Shown here: piece after piece, positions 48,901 to 58,199 of the stretch | How the letters are laid out: every line of letters begins with the position of its first letter | Position numbering within the stretch: the stretch's first letter is position 1 | Origin: Monocercomonoides exilis PA203 | Taxonomy: Eukaryota; Protista; Preaxostyla | DNA length: 64,000 nucleotides | Direction of reading: 5' to 3' | Assembly (NCBI GenBank): GCA_001643675.2 | Contig: LSRY02000064.1 | Span: 310,001 to 374,000 of the forward strand | Notes under the pieces: model-generated | What the model was told of the DNA's origin: nothing | Database searches by the model: none | Seen by the model: the letters and a program-made list of their open reading frames with translations, nothing else | Made by a program: the position numbers and the translations under genes

Positions 48901-51900
48901 CAGGGTGCATTGTCGGCGGGGTGGAGGAGAAAACTGTTGTGGAGGTTGTTGGAGATGGGAGAGGGAGGGGAGGAGTGATTGAGCTGAGGCGAATAGCGAT
49001 TGTGAAGGAGATGAAGTTTGCAGTGGGAGGAGAGCTCCAGGGAAATGAAAGGTGTGTGGTGTACGTGAACAGCATCGGAGCGAATGTTTCTGTTCAAGAT
49101 TGCATGTTTGTTGGGAAAGAGGTGGGGAATGAGATTGGATATCGGATAATGTGTTTGGAGAATGGGGAATGTTCAATCACTCGAGTGAGCGTTGAGGATG
49201 TGAGGTTCAGTGGGGTGGAAATTGTGGAGTGTTTTGGGGGGCAATCTGTTTTGAGCATTGTGAATATGAAAACGAGGAATGTTGGAGGAGCTTTTGGAAA
49301 GGGGCTGATCTCAGGAGAAAGGATGCTGGGGGTGGAGATGAACAGCTCAGATTTTGTGTGTGGGGATGAATGCTTTGGAGGGATGGTGAGCGTGGTGCAT
49401 GTGAAGAGAGCAGAAATGAAGAACTGCACAGGAGTTGGGATTGGGAAGGGAGAAGGGGATGGGGCAGTGGTGAGAGGAGTTGTATCCAATGGGGAAGTGC
49501 TGATGATTGAGGGAGGTGAGATGAGCGGAGAGTGTGGAAGAGGGAATGGAGGAGGTGTTGGAGCTGTTTTGGAGGATGGAGGGAGGATGGAGTTGGGGAT
49601 GGATTGGGGAGTTCGGATGAGGAACTGCAAAGCGCTTGGAAGAGAAGAAGGGAAAGGGTTTGGTGGAGGTGTGTATATTGATGTGAGAGAAGGGGCAAGT
49701 TGGTTTGTGTTGAAAGGGATTGAGTTTGAGGGATGTGTTGCAGAAGCATCAGGAGGAGAAGTGTTTGTGAAGGCAATGGAGCTGAAGGGTGTTATTACAA
49801 GGGATTCAGTGGGATTAGCAGTCGAAATGATAGGGGAGACGAAGTGGACTGGTGTGGAGGAGGCCGACAGCATGTTGTTCATTCCTCTGTGCATCTATCT
49901 CCTCCCCACCCCAGAAGAAATATATGTGAGCAACGTCGAGGCATCCAATCACTCACATTGTGGAATAGTCGAGTTTCCTTGTTTGACAATGAAGCACTCC
50001 CTCACAAGACAAACAGGAGAAAAGAAAATTGTTGTGAATGGAATGATATTGATGAGTGATGAATTGGCATTTGCTGGACAGAAACATGAAATCAGAGGAA
50101 ATGATGATCAGAGTGGTTGGACAGTTTCTGATACAACCACAGAAACAAACACAGCAATGGTGACAGTTGGAGTGGAAACAGTGCTTTCAGCACTTATCTT
50201 CTCTCTTCCATCTTCTCTTCCTCTTCACCAGACTTTCGTTTCATCTTCGTCACATTTGACTCTGTCTCATTGCTCTATATCTCTTCAAGATCCTTCGTCT
50301 GAATTGGCATGTCTATTCTTATCTGTTGATTCTGGTTCGTTGGTTATTGATTTCTTCTCTGCTTCGTCAATCACCTTGAGCACAACTCCATTGATTTCAT
50401 TGTCTGGAAGCGGAACAAATGCGGAGTTAATGATCACCACGTGGTTGAACATGACGAACTGCACTTTCACAGAAATCGAAAGAGCAGCTGGAAGTGGAGG
50501 GTGTGTGAGCATTGGCAACAGCCATGATGATAATGCAAACACACAAATAAATATTGAAGAGTGTGTTTTTGATGGATGCTCTGTGCTGGATGATGGAAGC
50601 AGAGGAGGGGCTATCGATGTGCAGATGAAAGGAAACATTCAAATGAATATTATTTCATGCACATTCACAGGATGTTCAGCACCAGCTGGAGAAGAAGGGA
50701 AAAGTGGGTTTGGCGGAGGAATGGCGCTGAAGTTGATTGATGGCGATTCTTCATTTGTGATTTCATCTCCTGTTTTTGATACAGACAAGCCAAATGCTGC
50801 GAGATATGGAAATAATCTGTTTGTTGAATCATCCAACTTGACAAAGAGCATCACAAATGACTCGCTCCCATTTGTGTCTGAGCATCTGGCTGATATTTCG
50901 TTGGATTCATTGAGCGGCTTTGATGGAAGTGATAAAACGAATGCCATCCCGCTGGTCTATTTCTGGCGAAGATTTGGCTCAGAGATCGTTGTTGGGGGTG
51001 ATGGAAAAGATGTGTGCATTTGTGGACTTTCAGATTATCCTTGCCTGTCAATCGACCATTCATTCACGAGATTGCCTGAAGGAAACGAAAGGAATATCAA
51101 GATCAATGGAAAAGGAATTCTTCAAAAGAGTGTTGATATCAGTGGGGTGACGATAAAATCGGAAGATAACGATGTGTGCTCACTGGAGTGTCTCTCATCG
51201 CTTGAAGGATCAGAAGGAGCAGCAATGAAGATTTGTGGAATAACCAATTTTGAATTGATCAAGTTTGTGATTCCTTCTTCATTCATGAGTGGAGTGAATT
51301 ATTTGATGCATGTTGAATCAAGCGAGGGATTGTTGACTGTGAAGGACTGCTCATTCACAAAAAATGAAGAAAATGATGTGGAAGAGATTATGAATTATGG
51401 GCTGATCAAAGCAGATGGAGGGACAGTGGTGTTGGAATTGGTGTCAATTCAATCACTCGGCTTTTCACATGATGTTGTTTCTGTGTTATCAACAACGATT
51501 TTGAACATTTATAATCTAACGATGAAGAGCATTGAGCTGGAAGGAGCAAGCGGATTGAAAATATCAAAGAGTTCAAGAAGAGAGAAAAATGAAGAGGAAC
51601 AAGATGTTCTCATTGAATGGAGTTCATTCGAAGAAGTCACTCAGAACACAACAGATGATATTCCCATCATTCGAAATGACAATGATGTTGAGCCTTTGAA
51701 AATAGTGATGCGAAACACAACGATGAAGAAGTGTGGAGGAACGAGGTGTGGAAAGGGAGGAGGGATGTTTTGCATGTTGAATGAGGGAGGAAGCTTTGTT
51801 TGCTCGTTTTGCACGATTTCTGAGTGTTTCTGCTCCACCACAGGAAGAGGTGGGTGGCTGTTTCTGGAGTGTTCCTCAGTGGCTGAGCATCCTCTGAGCT

Positions 51901-54900
51901 TTGTGCTGTCGAATCTCACCTTCAAAGACAACACTGCATTGAGAGGGAGAGATGCGTATGTTCGATGCCACTCAATCGAAACACAGATAGTTGATGAGCA
52001 GTTCTTGCTGGATTTCAGAGCACCTTTTGTGAAGGAGCTGGCGATGTGGGGCTGTTCAACAGACTCGTTTGAGGGGGAAGAGGATCTTCTTCTAAGGGTT
52101 GTGAAATACCAGAGCGAGACGATATTTGTGTCGGCTTGTGCAGAGAATCACTCTGATTTCAATTCCTGTGGAGAATTGCATGGGCCGTGTGAGTCATTGA
52201 ATGTGGGAGTGAAGCACATCATCCCGTCGTCGTACTCGCAGCTGTTGATATCAAAGGAAACAGCGATGAGAGGGAAATGCAGCATTCACAATGTTGTTGT
52301 CCATCCTCTGGAATCTCCTCCAGCTGCTTTGGTGCATCTGAGCTTTGCAATTGTTAATGATGCAGGAGGTGTTATCACAACATCAGGGAAAGTTCGGGTT
52401 GAGAGTGTGAAATTCGACTTTGGCCAGTCGTTTTCATTTTCAGGCAGTTCTGTTGTTCATGAAACAAGTGGCCAACTTTCCCTTTCATTTGTTGATTTTT
52501 CATCAGTTGGAGGGTCAAACAGCATTCAACCTGTTGTTCTCAACTCATCGTTGCTGAGCATTGAAAGTGGAATTGTTCATGTTGACAACTGCTCAGTGTC
52601 ACTCCTTTCATTCAAGAAGCCTTCATTTCTGTTGAGTGGAGATGAGATTTCGTTGACGAATGTGAAACTGGAAGAGATTGAATCAACAGCAGATGTGTTT
52701 GAGATTGGCAGTTGTGGAATAATGTCCATTAATGGAGTATCTGCAGATGGAGTGAAGCTGTCAGATGGTTGCATCCTTGCAATTGGCAGTTCATCTTCAG
52801 GAACAATATCTGTTGGAAGCTCGTCATTCGACAACTGCTCAAGGAATTCAGAAGGAGCATCTGTTCTTTCGGCTTCTTCAACCTCTGCTCATTTTGAATT
52901 TTCAAACTGTTCCTGCACAAAATGTTATTCTCTGTCTGACAAAGGAAGGGTCATGGAAGTGATCAACATGAAAGATGCTTATTTGAATATGTGTGAGTTT
53001 GAAGGTTTGTTAACGAGCAAAGCGTTATTGGAGCATGAAAATGACATGAAAGAAATATGTGAATGGAATGGATCGGTTGTCCATTCAACGAATTCAACGA
53101 TGGTGATGAAATACACAACTATTTCAAATGCTTCATCAGGTGGATTTTCGGTGTCGGCTGGCGATGTGACAATCGAGAAAGGAGAGTTTTTGAACAACAA
53201 TCCTTTCATCGAAAAATACCCTTCTCTTCGTCGAAACATCATCTGTTCAGATTCTGCCTCACTGACCATTTCGAGCTTGAAAGGTGGAGATGGACTGATG
53301 CCCAATTCTTCGTTTTGGATTTTGAATGATGGATGCACACTTGGAGGAATAGCAGGAGAAAGACCATCGTCTTTCTTCATTCCCAGACTGGAAGAGGTTT
53401 CTGTGAATGAAAGTGGAAGCAAGATTTTTATCCAATTCAAGGGATCTCTTTTTGTGCCATGTGACTTGTCTTTCAGACTTGTGTATAAAACAGGGGATGT
53501 GGAGTTGGTTGAGACATATCGTTTTGAGGAAGACAGTTTTGTATCAGAAAATGAAGTGATTGGAAGAGTTCCATCAGAAAATATTTCATTGGCTTCAGAT
53601 GAAACAGAGGTGTCAGTGACGATTCTGTTTGGAAAGCAATCGGCAGAGACATTTCCGCTGATTCTGAAAAACAGAAGTGAACCCAAAGGAAATGGAGATG
53701 AAAGGATTGTTGAAGGAAGAAAAGAGGGGAAATCGATATGGCCTATTATTGTGATTATCCTTGTTGTGATATTATTGATTGTTCTCATCGGATTTATTTT
53801 GTTTGCTATCCGATGGAAGAAGGCAAAGAACGAGAACAAAGATTTGAGAGAGATTGTGAATGAAACAGTGAAGAAGGATCCAAAAGCATTTGAGATGGTG
53901 ACGATGGAGATGTCACCAGAGGAGCAGTGGAGGAGAGCAGAGAGGGAAGCTGAAAAGAAGAACGAAGAGAGGATGAAGAAGAGGGTGTACGAGAAAAGCT
54001 TGGGACACTCCGAGTCATCGGAGCATTTGTTGAGTGAGAGTGGATCGACTGAATACATCCTTGGAAGAGATTCAGACAAGATTCCAGAATGGATGTTGGA
54101 AAAGGTTGAAGAAGAGGAAATTAGAAAGCAGGCTCCATCACCATCCATTTCATCCACCTCAACCACAGACACTTCAGACACAGATTCAACATTTGTTCGT
54201 GGAGAGGATCTATGCCCAACCACCTCATCAATGTCAAATCTGGTGGATGCAATGGCATGTTCTTCGCCTCATGAGAAGCTGATTGTGGATCTTCGAGACT
54301 CGTTGTTCATGTTGCTTCATGGAAAGAATAAGACAAAGGAGATGGCAATTGGCACGCTTCAGGAGAGAGAATATACAGCTGTCCAAATCCTGTTCTGGGT
54401 GGCGAATGGAGCTCTCCACTCGTTTGATGAATGTGAGGTTCCACTTCAGTCGCTGACAAATCTGAGTCCACACATTGTGTTGTTCTCAGAACACATGGTC
54501 ATTTGTGTTGCAATGCATTCTGATTGTTCTTCTTCAGATTCAGACTCATCCTCGATATCTTCATCTACTGTTGTGACATCTACCAGTGATGATGGTGATG
54601 AAAGAGATTCTCTGCCCTCATCAGCTTTTGAGGATGAGGATGCCTTCAGAAAGGAGTGCCTGAGATGGAAGGCACCTGAATTGCTGAATGGCACAAAGAA
54701 GCGTGCGACGAAGAAGACAGTTGTGTTCTCGATTGGGATGATGTTGTGGGAGTGCCTGACACTCAAAGTTCCATTTGGGGAGTATGAGGCAGAGGTGGCA
54801 GGGCAGAAGATAGTAAATGGGGAAAGGCCGTGTGGAGGGGAGAGTGAGGCAAGTGGGATGCATGAGATGGTGAAGGGATGCTGGAGGGCAGAACGAGGGG

Positions 54901-55046
54901 AAAGGGTGACGTTGATGTGGGTGAAGCGGGAATTGTTTGGGCATTTCCCAGGAGAAGCAGCGGCGATGACGATGACGGATGCAATTTTATATGAGGAGAG
55001 CAAAGACAACATCTCGAGCTGCGAGAGTCTTGTGGAATATTTTTAA
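45915..55046 (+). CDS. Receptor-like pseudokinase: signal peptide, beta-helix modules, TM, C-lobe-only TKL-like domain (3043 aa)
   Basis: Signal-like KILTFVLLISSIVSCSA. Five CG...PC module starts plus GGAI/FxxN motifs. The juxtamembrane block NNP..PSLRRNIIC...SFWI...CTL...FIPRLE is shared with the 6373-aa protein. TM IWPIIVIILVVILLIVLIGFILFAI|RWKK (~53735-53810). Tail motifs: SLFMLLH, LTNLSPHIVLF, RWKAPE, VFSIGMMLWECLT..VPF, GCW....ER. Confidence 0.85.
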   Translation: MGPHPQKILTFVLLISSIVSCSAAGDQEQFVGYKHEKAETRAEKGKVRRSKNQPCLLRNEIVSDWHTKYKEGGEEKKKMHSSVSEWINGFGNSKEAKGQSQRNEKQKEGNSQQSGNLYSLCTIGCFQSHFLLLNSTLLLLSIQLNSPGEEAMVSIGGKSVLFFEDCEIRYEDESKRSPIELHTGSASFVNISLIIEGQTPLFHSLAFSPNDISVGRTRAVSMIHSTFSSVLLSPTPFLCNGPLSSISLFKCTFSNITKATPAKSSRGSENDCFTKIDSCSFVSVEDAIYGGVVDSMYCPLSSLLSVNNSYIRCNRLRFTENEGRRQMGRQVLGNGTHTFESCEWSGCNATNGAAIYLYDQPQASLNISNCIFDKCTGNESFGGAISTCNILGLVIVKSNFTECKIEKEGGGAIYAVVVSTFSRLFSLHFLKCICEGHGAGFFFDKFNISRGNDTTSGAIVECTFDSNDAGRGWGGAFRIDYSPKGFSVRSCNYLRCVGGKAGGAITMEQLEFHDQNPSLIWFCMLHECFTRDAELDDYKGHDAYFFDPLSKRLFQTPFVESYTTNLKQYRVTYNNNSWNYPDEWIPIGIHINPCFIGVTGNDNEDLCGLEESLPCKTLFHSVEKSNRQCSYGIVLLEGNHISERESLNIREKEILLRGTSRNRTVLHSSGIASPDSLLFSVSTGSLLLESFTILHNHQSPSMRILVMISSEGECGLDDMCVYSPESQTQVEFECSMFEVDLGRFWVRNSRIERFKLSSVLIADTLRSASTMVLFGNVTFGWIERVSGGGSVVNMKIGDGEGVRVENVSVNNCSSVGGDGGGMRIEIGDGGWMRLGEERSGTEICGCLAEDGRGGGIAVVMENAFSSMVLENVVFRENRAVSGRNVFVISPDLGVSVSRESFKFFSGEAPFGAEDAAGVEVEAPLVVIPLVYYLMEREGNVSVGSGGVDVDVCGFGAYPCRTVGYGVRHRQQEGGVRQVVVLSPFKLEESIVMGEDAGCIVGGVEEKTVVEVVGDGRGRGGVIELRRIAIVKEMKFAVGGELQGNERCVVYVNSIGANVSVQDCMFVGKEVGNEIGYRIMCLENGECSITRVSVEDVRFSGVEIVECFGGQSVLSIVNMKTRNVGGAFGKGLISGERMLGVEMNSSDFVCGDECFGGMVSVVHVKRAEMKNCTGVGIGKGEGDGAVVRGVVSNGEVLMIEGGEMSGECGRGNGGGVGAVLEDGGRMELGMDWGVRMRNCKALGREEGKGFGGGVYIDVREGASWFVLKGIEFEGCVAEASGGEVFVKAMELKGVITRDSVGLAVEMIGETKWTGVEEADSMLFIPLCIYLLPTPEEIYVSNVEASNHSHCGIVEFPCLTMKHSLTRQTGEKKIVVNGMILMSDELAFAGQKHEIRGNDDQSGWTVSDTTTETNTAMVTVGVETVLSALIFSLPSSLPLHQTFVSSSSHLTLSHCSISLQDPSSELACLFLSVDSGSLVIDFFSASSITLSTTPLISLSGSGTNAELMITTWLNMTNCTFTEIERAAGSGGCVSIGNSHDDNANTQINIEECVFDGCSVLDDGSRGGAIDVQMKGNIQMNIISCTFTGCSAPAGEEGKSGFGGGMALKLIDGDSSFVISSPVFDTDKPNAARYGNNLFVESSNLTKSITNDSLPFVSEHLADISLDSLSGFDGSDKTNAIPLVYFWRRFGSEIVVGGDGKDVCICGLSDYPCLSIDHSFTRLPEGNERNIKINGKGILQKSVDISGVTIKSEDNDVCSLECLSSLEGSEGAAMKICGITNFELIKFVIPSSFMSGVNYLMHVESSEGLLTVKDCSFTKNEENDVEEIMNYGLIKADGGTVVLELVSIQSLGFSHDVVSVLSTTILNIYNLTMKSIELEGASGLKISKSSRREKNEEEQDVLIEWSSFEEVTQNTTDDIPIIRNDNDVEPLKIVMRNTTMKKCGGTRCGKGGGMFCMLNEGGSFVCSFCTISECFCSTTGRGGWLFLECSSVAEHPLSFVLSNLTFKDNTALRGRDAYVRCHSIETQIVDEQFLLDFRAPFVKELAMWGCSTDSFEGEEDLLLRVVKYQSETIFVSACAENHSDFNSCGELHGPCESLNVGVKHIIPSSYSQLLISKETAMRGKCSIHNVVVHPLESPPAALVHLSFAIVNDAGGVITTSGKVRVESVKFDFGQSFSFSGSSVVHETSGQLSLSFVDFSSVGGSNSIQPVVLNSSLLSIESGIVHVDNCSVSLLSFKKPSFLLSGDEISLTNVKLEEIESTADVFEIGSCGIMSINGVSADGVKLSDGCILAIGSSSSGTISVGSSSFDNCSRNSEGASVLSASSTSAHFEFSNCSCTKCYSLSDKGRVMEVINMKDAYLNMCEFEGLLTSKALLEHENDMKEICEWNGSVVHSTNSTMVMKYTTISNASSGGFSVSAGDVTIEKGEFLNNNPFIEKYPSLRRNIICSDSASLTISSLKGGDGLMPNSSFWILNDGCTLGGIAGERPSSFFIPRLEEVSVNESGSKIFIQFKGSLFVPCDLSFRLVYKTGDVELVETYRFEEDSFVSENEVIGRVPSENISLASDETEVSVTILFGKQSAETFPLILKNRSEPKGNGDERIVEGRKEGKSIWPIIVIILVVILLIVLIGFILFAIRWKKAKNENKDLREIVNETVKKDPKAFEMVTMEMSPEEQWRRAEREAEKKNEERMKKRVYEKSLGHSESSEHLLSESGSTEYILGRDSDKIPEWMLEKVEEEEIRKQAPSPSISSTSTTDTSDTDSTFVRGEDLCPTTSSMSNLVDAMACSSPHEKLIVDLRDSLFMLLHGKNKTKEMAIGTLQEREYTAVQILFWVANGALHSFDECEVPLQSLTNLSPHIVLFSEHMVICVAMHSDCSSSDSDSSSISSSTVVTSTSDDGDERDSLPSSAFEDEDAFRKECLRWKAPELLNGTKKRATKKTVVFSIGMMLWECLTLKVPFGEYEAEVAGQKIVNGERPCGGESEASGMHEMVKGCWRAERGERVTLMWVKRELFGHFPGEAAAMTMTDAILYEESKDNISSCESLVEYF

Positions 55047-56431
55047 AGAAGCAGATGAGGAAATATCCAGAAAAGGAATTCAAAACAAATTGTGAATCTG
55101 CTTCTGAAAGATTGAAAATTCGAAAACAATGCAAGGGAAAGAAAATTAAAAGGGAACAATCTTTTTTCTTTGGAGATAATGGACAGCATGAGAATGGATT
55201 GAAATGTGCACTTATGTTCACTGGGAAAAATAATTGAAAAATTTGTCTTTTTCTGTTTTGTTTGTTAAAAATTTGAGGCAGTTAATTTTAATAAAATGGT
55301 GATGGATTTTGAAAAGGATCATTGGATTCAATGAAGAGTTTGATGAAATTGCGAAATGATTGAATTTTCTTTTTCAAGTAATGTTTGCATTTTTTTAGTG
55401 AAAATACTCTTTCAATGAGAGAGTGTTGTGTTGATGGATGCAATGAACGATTTAAAAGAATATATTTTTAAGTGGTTTTGACAAAAGGATCGTTTGAGTG
55501 AAATGTGGAGCTTTTTGCTTTGTTGAACAAGGTTTTCGCACGTATTCAAAATACCAATTGATTTCACATGTTTATTTCGCATTTCAATACGTTTATGAAC
55601 TTAGCATTTTGCTATTTAGAAATTAACTGGAGCTTTGCTTTTTCTTTATGCTTTTGAATATGTATTTATATTTATGCTTATATTTATGTTTATATTTATT
55701 CAGAAATTGAAATTGATATTTGAATTAGAATTTATTTTAATCTGAAATGACATCCATTTTTTCGCATAAATTTCGCATCTAACTATTTATAATGTTTGTT
55801 GAGTCTGACACATATTTTGCTTAAAAGCAATTTTACAATAATCACAATATTTTTTAGAAAAACTTCAAAAAAATTAACTAATTAATGAGTGAAAGTATTG
55901 AATATGGGACAGAATTCTTGCATTTATGAAAAAATCAATGATTTGTTCCAAACTTTTCTGCAATTGAATAATTATAATTCTAACAATCTCGTGCAAAATA
56001 AAATACAGAAATATAAAAAAGTTGAGAAAAATCTTTAAGAGCATTGTGTGGAACAAAATTCATAAAGGAAAAAATATCGTCCCATATCTCTTTGAAATAA
56101 GTTTTTGACCACCATTTCTTTTTCGGGCGTTATAAAATACTCGTTCTGAACGTTTTACCAACAAATTTCCATTTAACAAAAAACAAATAAATGTCTTCAT
56201 TATCGCGAAATATTTATAAAAAAAAAAATAAATCCACAAGATAAATAATAAAAATATGAAATGCGCAATAACAAAAAGAGCGAAAAAAATGAATAAAAAT
56301 CGATTTTTCAACAAAACTACAAAACGAAAAGTATAATTTATTAAAAATAATTTAACTTAAACAAAGTGAAAAAAATATTTGCTTTGAGTGAAAAATTTCC
56401 TATAAATATGAAAAAGTTCCATTTACCTTGA

Positions 56432-57970
56432 TTATCCGTTCATCTTTGCCAACTCATCCAACATTTGGCAATATTTATCAAAATTTTTTGTTGTTAATTT
56501 TTTCGTTGAAACAGCTTCTGCAATAATTGAAGGAATAATCCAAAACCCAGAATCACAAAGAAAACCATTTTTTTCTTCGTACATTTCAATTGCAGATTTG
56601 TACATTCTAAAATCGAATAATGCAAATGAAACATCAACTTTATGACCATTCAAAAGTGCTTTTCCTTCATTATGGTTGATGTCTGAATTGTCAATTGTAC
56701 TTTCATCCAATTCTTCAATCAAAGATGTGAAAGCAGATTTTGTTTTCGGCTCTAGTTTTTTTTGATCGATCATATTGTTGCTCTTTTCGCTTTCATTATC
56801 AAAAACTGACTCAAAAAATTTCTTCATTTTCTTGCCTTTCTCTTTCTCAATATGTAATTGTACAATTCTTTCATGGTAGCTCAAAGCTTCGTTCCCAAAT
56901 GGCGAATGCTCTGCAGCTGTCTTCAAATAATTCTCTTCAGCTTCACATTGAGGGATTTCACCGTGTTGCTCATTCTCACTTTTTTCTTGCTCCTCTCCTT
57001 TGATCGTTGGATAAACTTCTTCATTTTTTTTATCTAAAGGAAACATTACAGAAGAAGATGAAGAAGAATGAGGTGAAATGACTTGATAAGCTTCTTCCTT
57101 CGAATATCTGCTCGTAACTCCTTCGCCCAATGTATTTTTATTTTTGTAAATATCCTTTTTGCAGTTTAAGCTTTTCTCTTTATCGCAAGACCCAAACCAT
57201 CGCAAGGAAGAAAAAATAGTTTGCTTTTTTAAATTATTCAAAGTACAATCCAAGTTAGTGTTTCTAATTCCAACAGAGTCAAAAGAATTCATCATGTGAT
57301 GAATTATTGTTGATGTTAAGCAAGCTTTATATTTGGGATTATTACAGTAATATGCGGTGCTGGAGTTTTGATCTGTAGCTGTTGTTATGGCCATAACATT
57401 TATATCTTCAGGTAATAAACCATCAAATAGACTTGATGAATAGGCTGAATCAACAAGAATAACAAGTTTTCTGAACATTTTCTTTTCATGCATTTTCTTG
57501 AGTATTGAAATAAGTTCATCTGCATATAAATGAGGCCCATTTGGAAAAGATAGAAATCCAGGAGCACCTCTGTCGGAAAAGAAAATAAAAACATCGTCTT
57601 CCTGATTGCTTTTAAGAACTTTTTGTCCGTGCAATGAATCTCCCAGTAAAACAGACTTAAAAATTTGTGCATTAACGTTGTTTTCTCGATATGATATAAC
57701 ATCGCTTCCGAGAGAAACGTCTGGGCCATCTGGTTCATTAAATATTTTCCCTGGAAATGGATTTTGCCTGTTAAATGCAATATCATCGTGCACCATACAA
57801 ATGATATTTTCATTTTTTATTCCATTTTTTAACAATAATGAATACATTCTGCCAACATCAGATTGATGCCTGTAATTAGAAAATCCTTTTGAACCCGAAA
57901 CTAAAACAGCCCAATTTATTCCATAATTTACAGAAACAAATATGCACAACAGTGGCACCCATGTAATCAT
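56432..57970 (-). CDS. Legumain (peptidase C13, asparaginyl endopeptidase) homologue, predicted catalytically inactive, 512 aa
   Basis: Signal peptide MITWVPLLCIFVSVNYG, followed by NWAVLVSGSKGFSNYRHQSDV, DDIAFNRQNPFPGKIFNEPDGPDV and KVLKSNQEDDVFIFFSD. The catalytic DHG motif reads DRG and the EACES motif reads DSAYS. Confidence 0.9.
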   Translation of the reverse strand: MITWVPLLCIFVSVNYGINWAVLVSGSKGFSNYRHQSDVGRMYSLLLKNGIKNENIICMVHDDIAFNRQNPFPGKIFNEPDGPDVSLGSDVISYRENNVNAQIFKSVLLGDSLHGQKVLKSNQEDDVFIFFSDRGAPGFLSFPNGPHLYADELISILKKMHEKKMFRKLVILVDSAYSSSLFDGLLPEDINVMAITTATDQNSSTAYYCNNPKYKACLTSTIIHHMMNSFDSVGIRNTNLDCTLNNLKKQTIFSSLRWFGSCDKEKSLNCKKDIYKNKNTLGEGVTSRYSKEEAYQVISPHSSSSSSVMFPLDKKNEEVYPTIKGEEQEKSENEQHGEIPQCEAEENYLKTAAEHSPFGNEALSYHERIVQLHIEKEKGKKMKKFFESVFDNESEKSNNMIDQKKLEPKTKSAFTSLIEELDESTIDNSDINHNEGKALLNGHKVDVSFALFDFRMYKSAIEMYEEKNGFLCDSGFWIIPSIIAEAVSTKKLTTKNFDKYCQMLDELAKMNG

Positions 57971-58199
57971 GTTCAATTTCTTTCTTTATAATTTTCAAAA
58001 ATTCACCAATATTTTGATCTGCAGTTATAATTATTTTCTGAAATTGATAATTATTAAAAACAATCCCATACGGTTATAAATTGAATTTGTTAACCAGCAA
58101 TAGACTCTTTATCATTTCATGTGGATTTTTCATTTTCGAAGTATATGCAAGATCTATTAAGATCGAAAACAGAGACTTTTGCCTTAATCCATTTGAAAC
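57971..58199. promoter_or_regulatory. Short divergent intergenic region (probable bidirectional promoter)
   Basis: 229 bp separate the head-to-head ATGs of the legumain homologue (57970, -) and STT3 (58200, +). Confidence 0.45.

Noticed and set aside
11505-55221. Long antisense ORFs (e.g. 12807-13919, 49094-49894, 52979-54223, 54446-55012)
   Set aside because: Shadows of real genes with biased codon usage; low-complexity translations with no motifs.
55650-55700. Short TATATTTATG(C/T)T tandem repeat
   Set aside because: Only about 3 degenerate copies in AT-rich DNA; ordinary slippage.
56432-57970. GPI transamidase subunit GPI8/PIG-K
   Set aside because: The motifs (NYRHQSDV, DDIAFN..NPFPG.IFN.PDG.DV) are legumain-type rather than GPI8-type (NYRHxAN, DDMACN), and there is no C-terminal TM.
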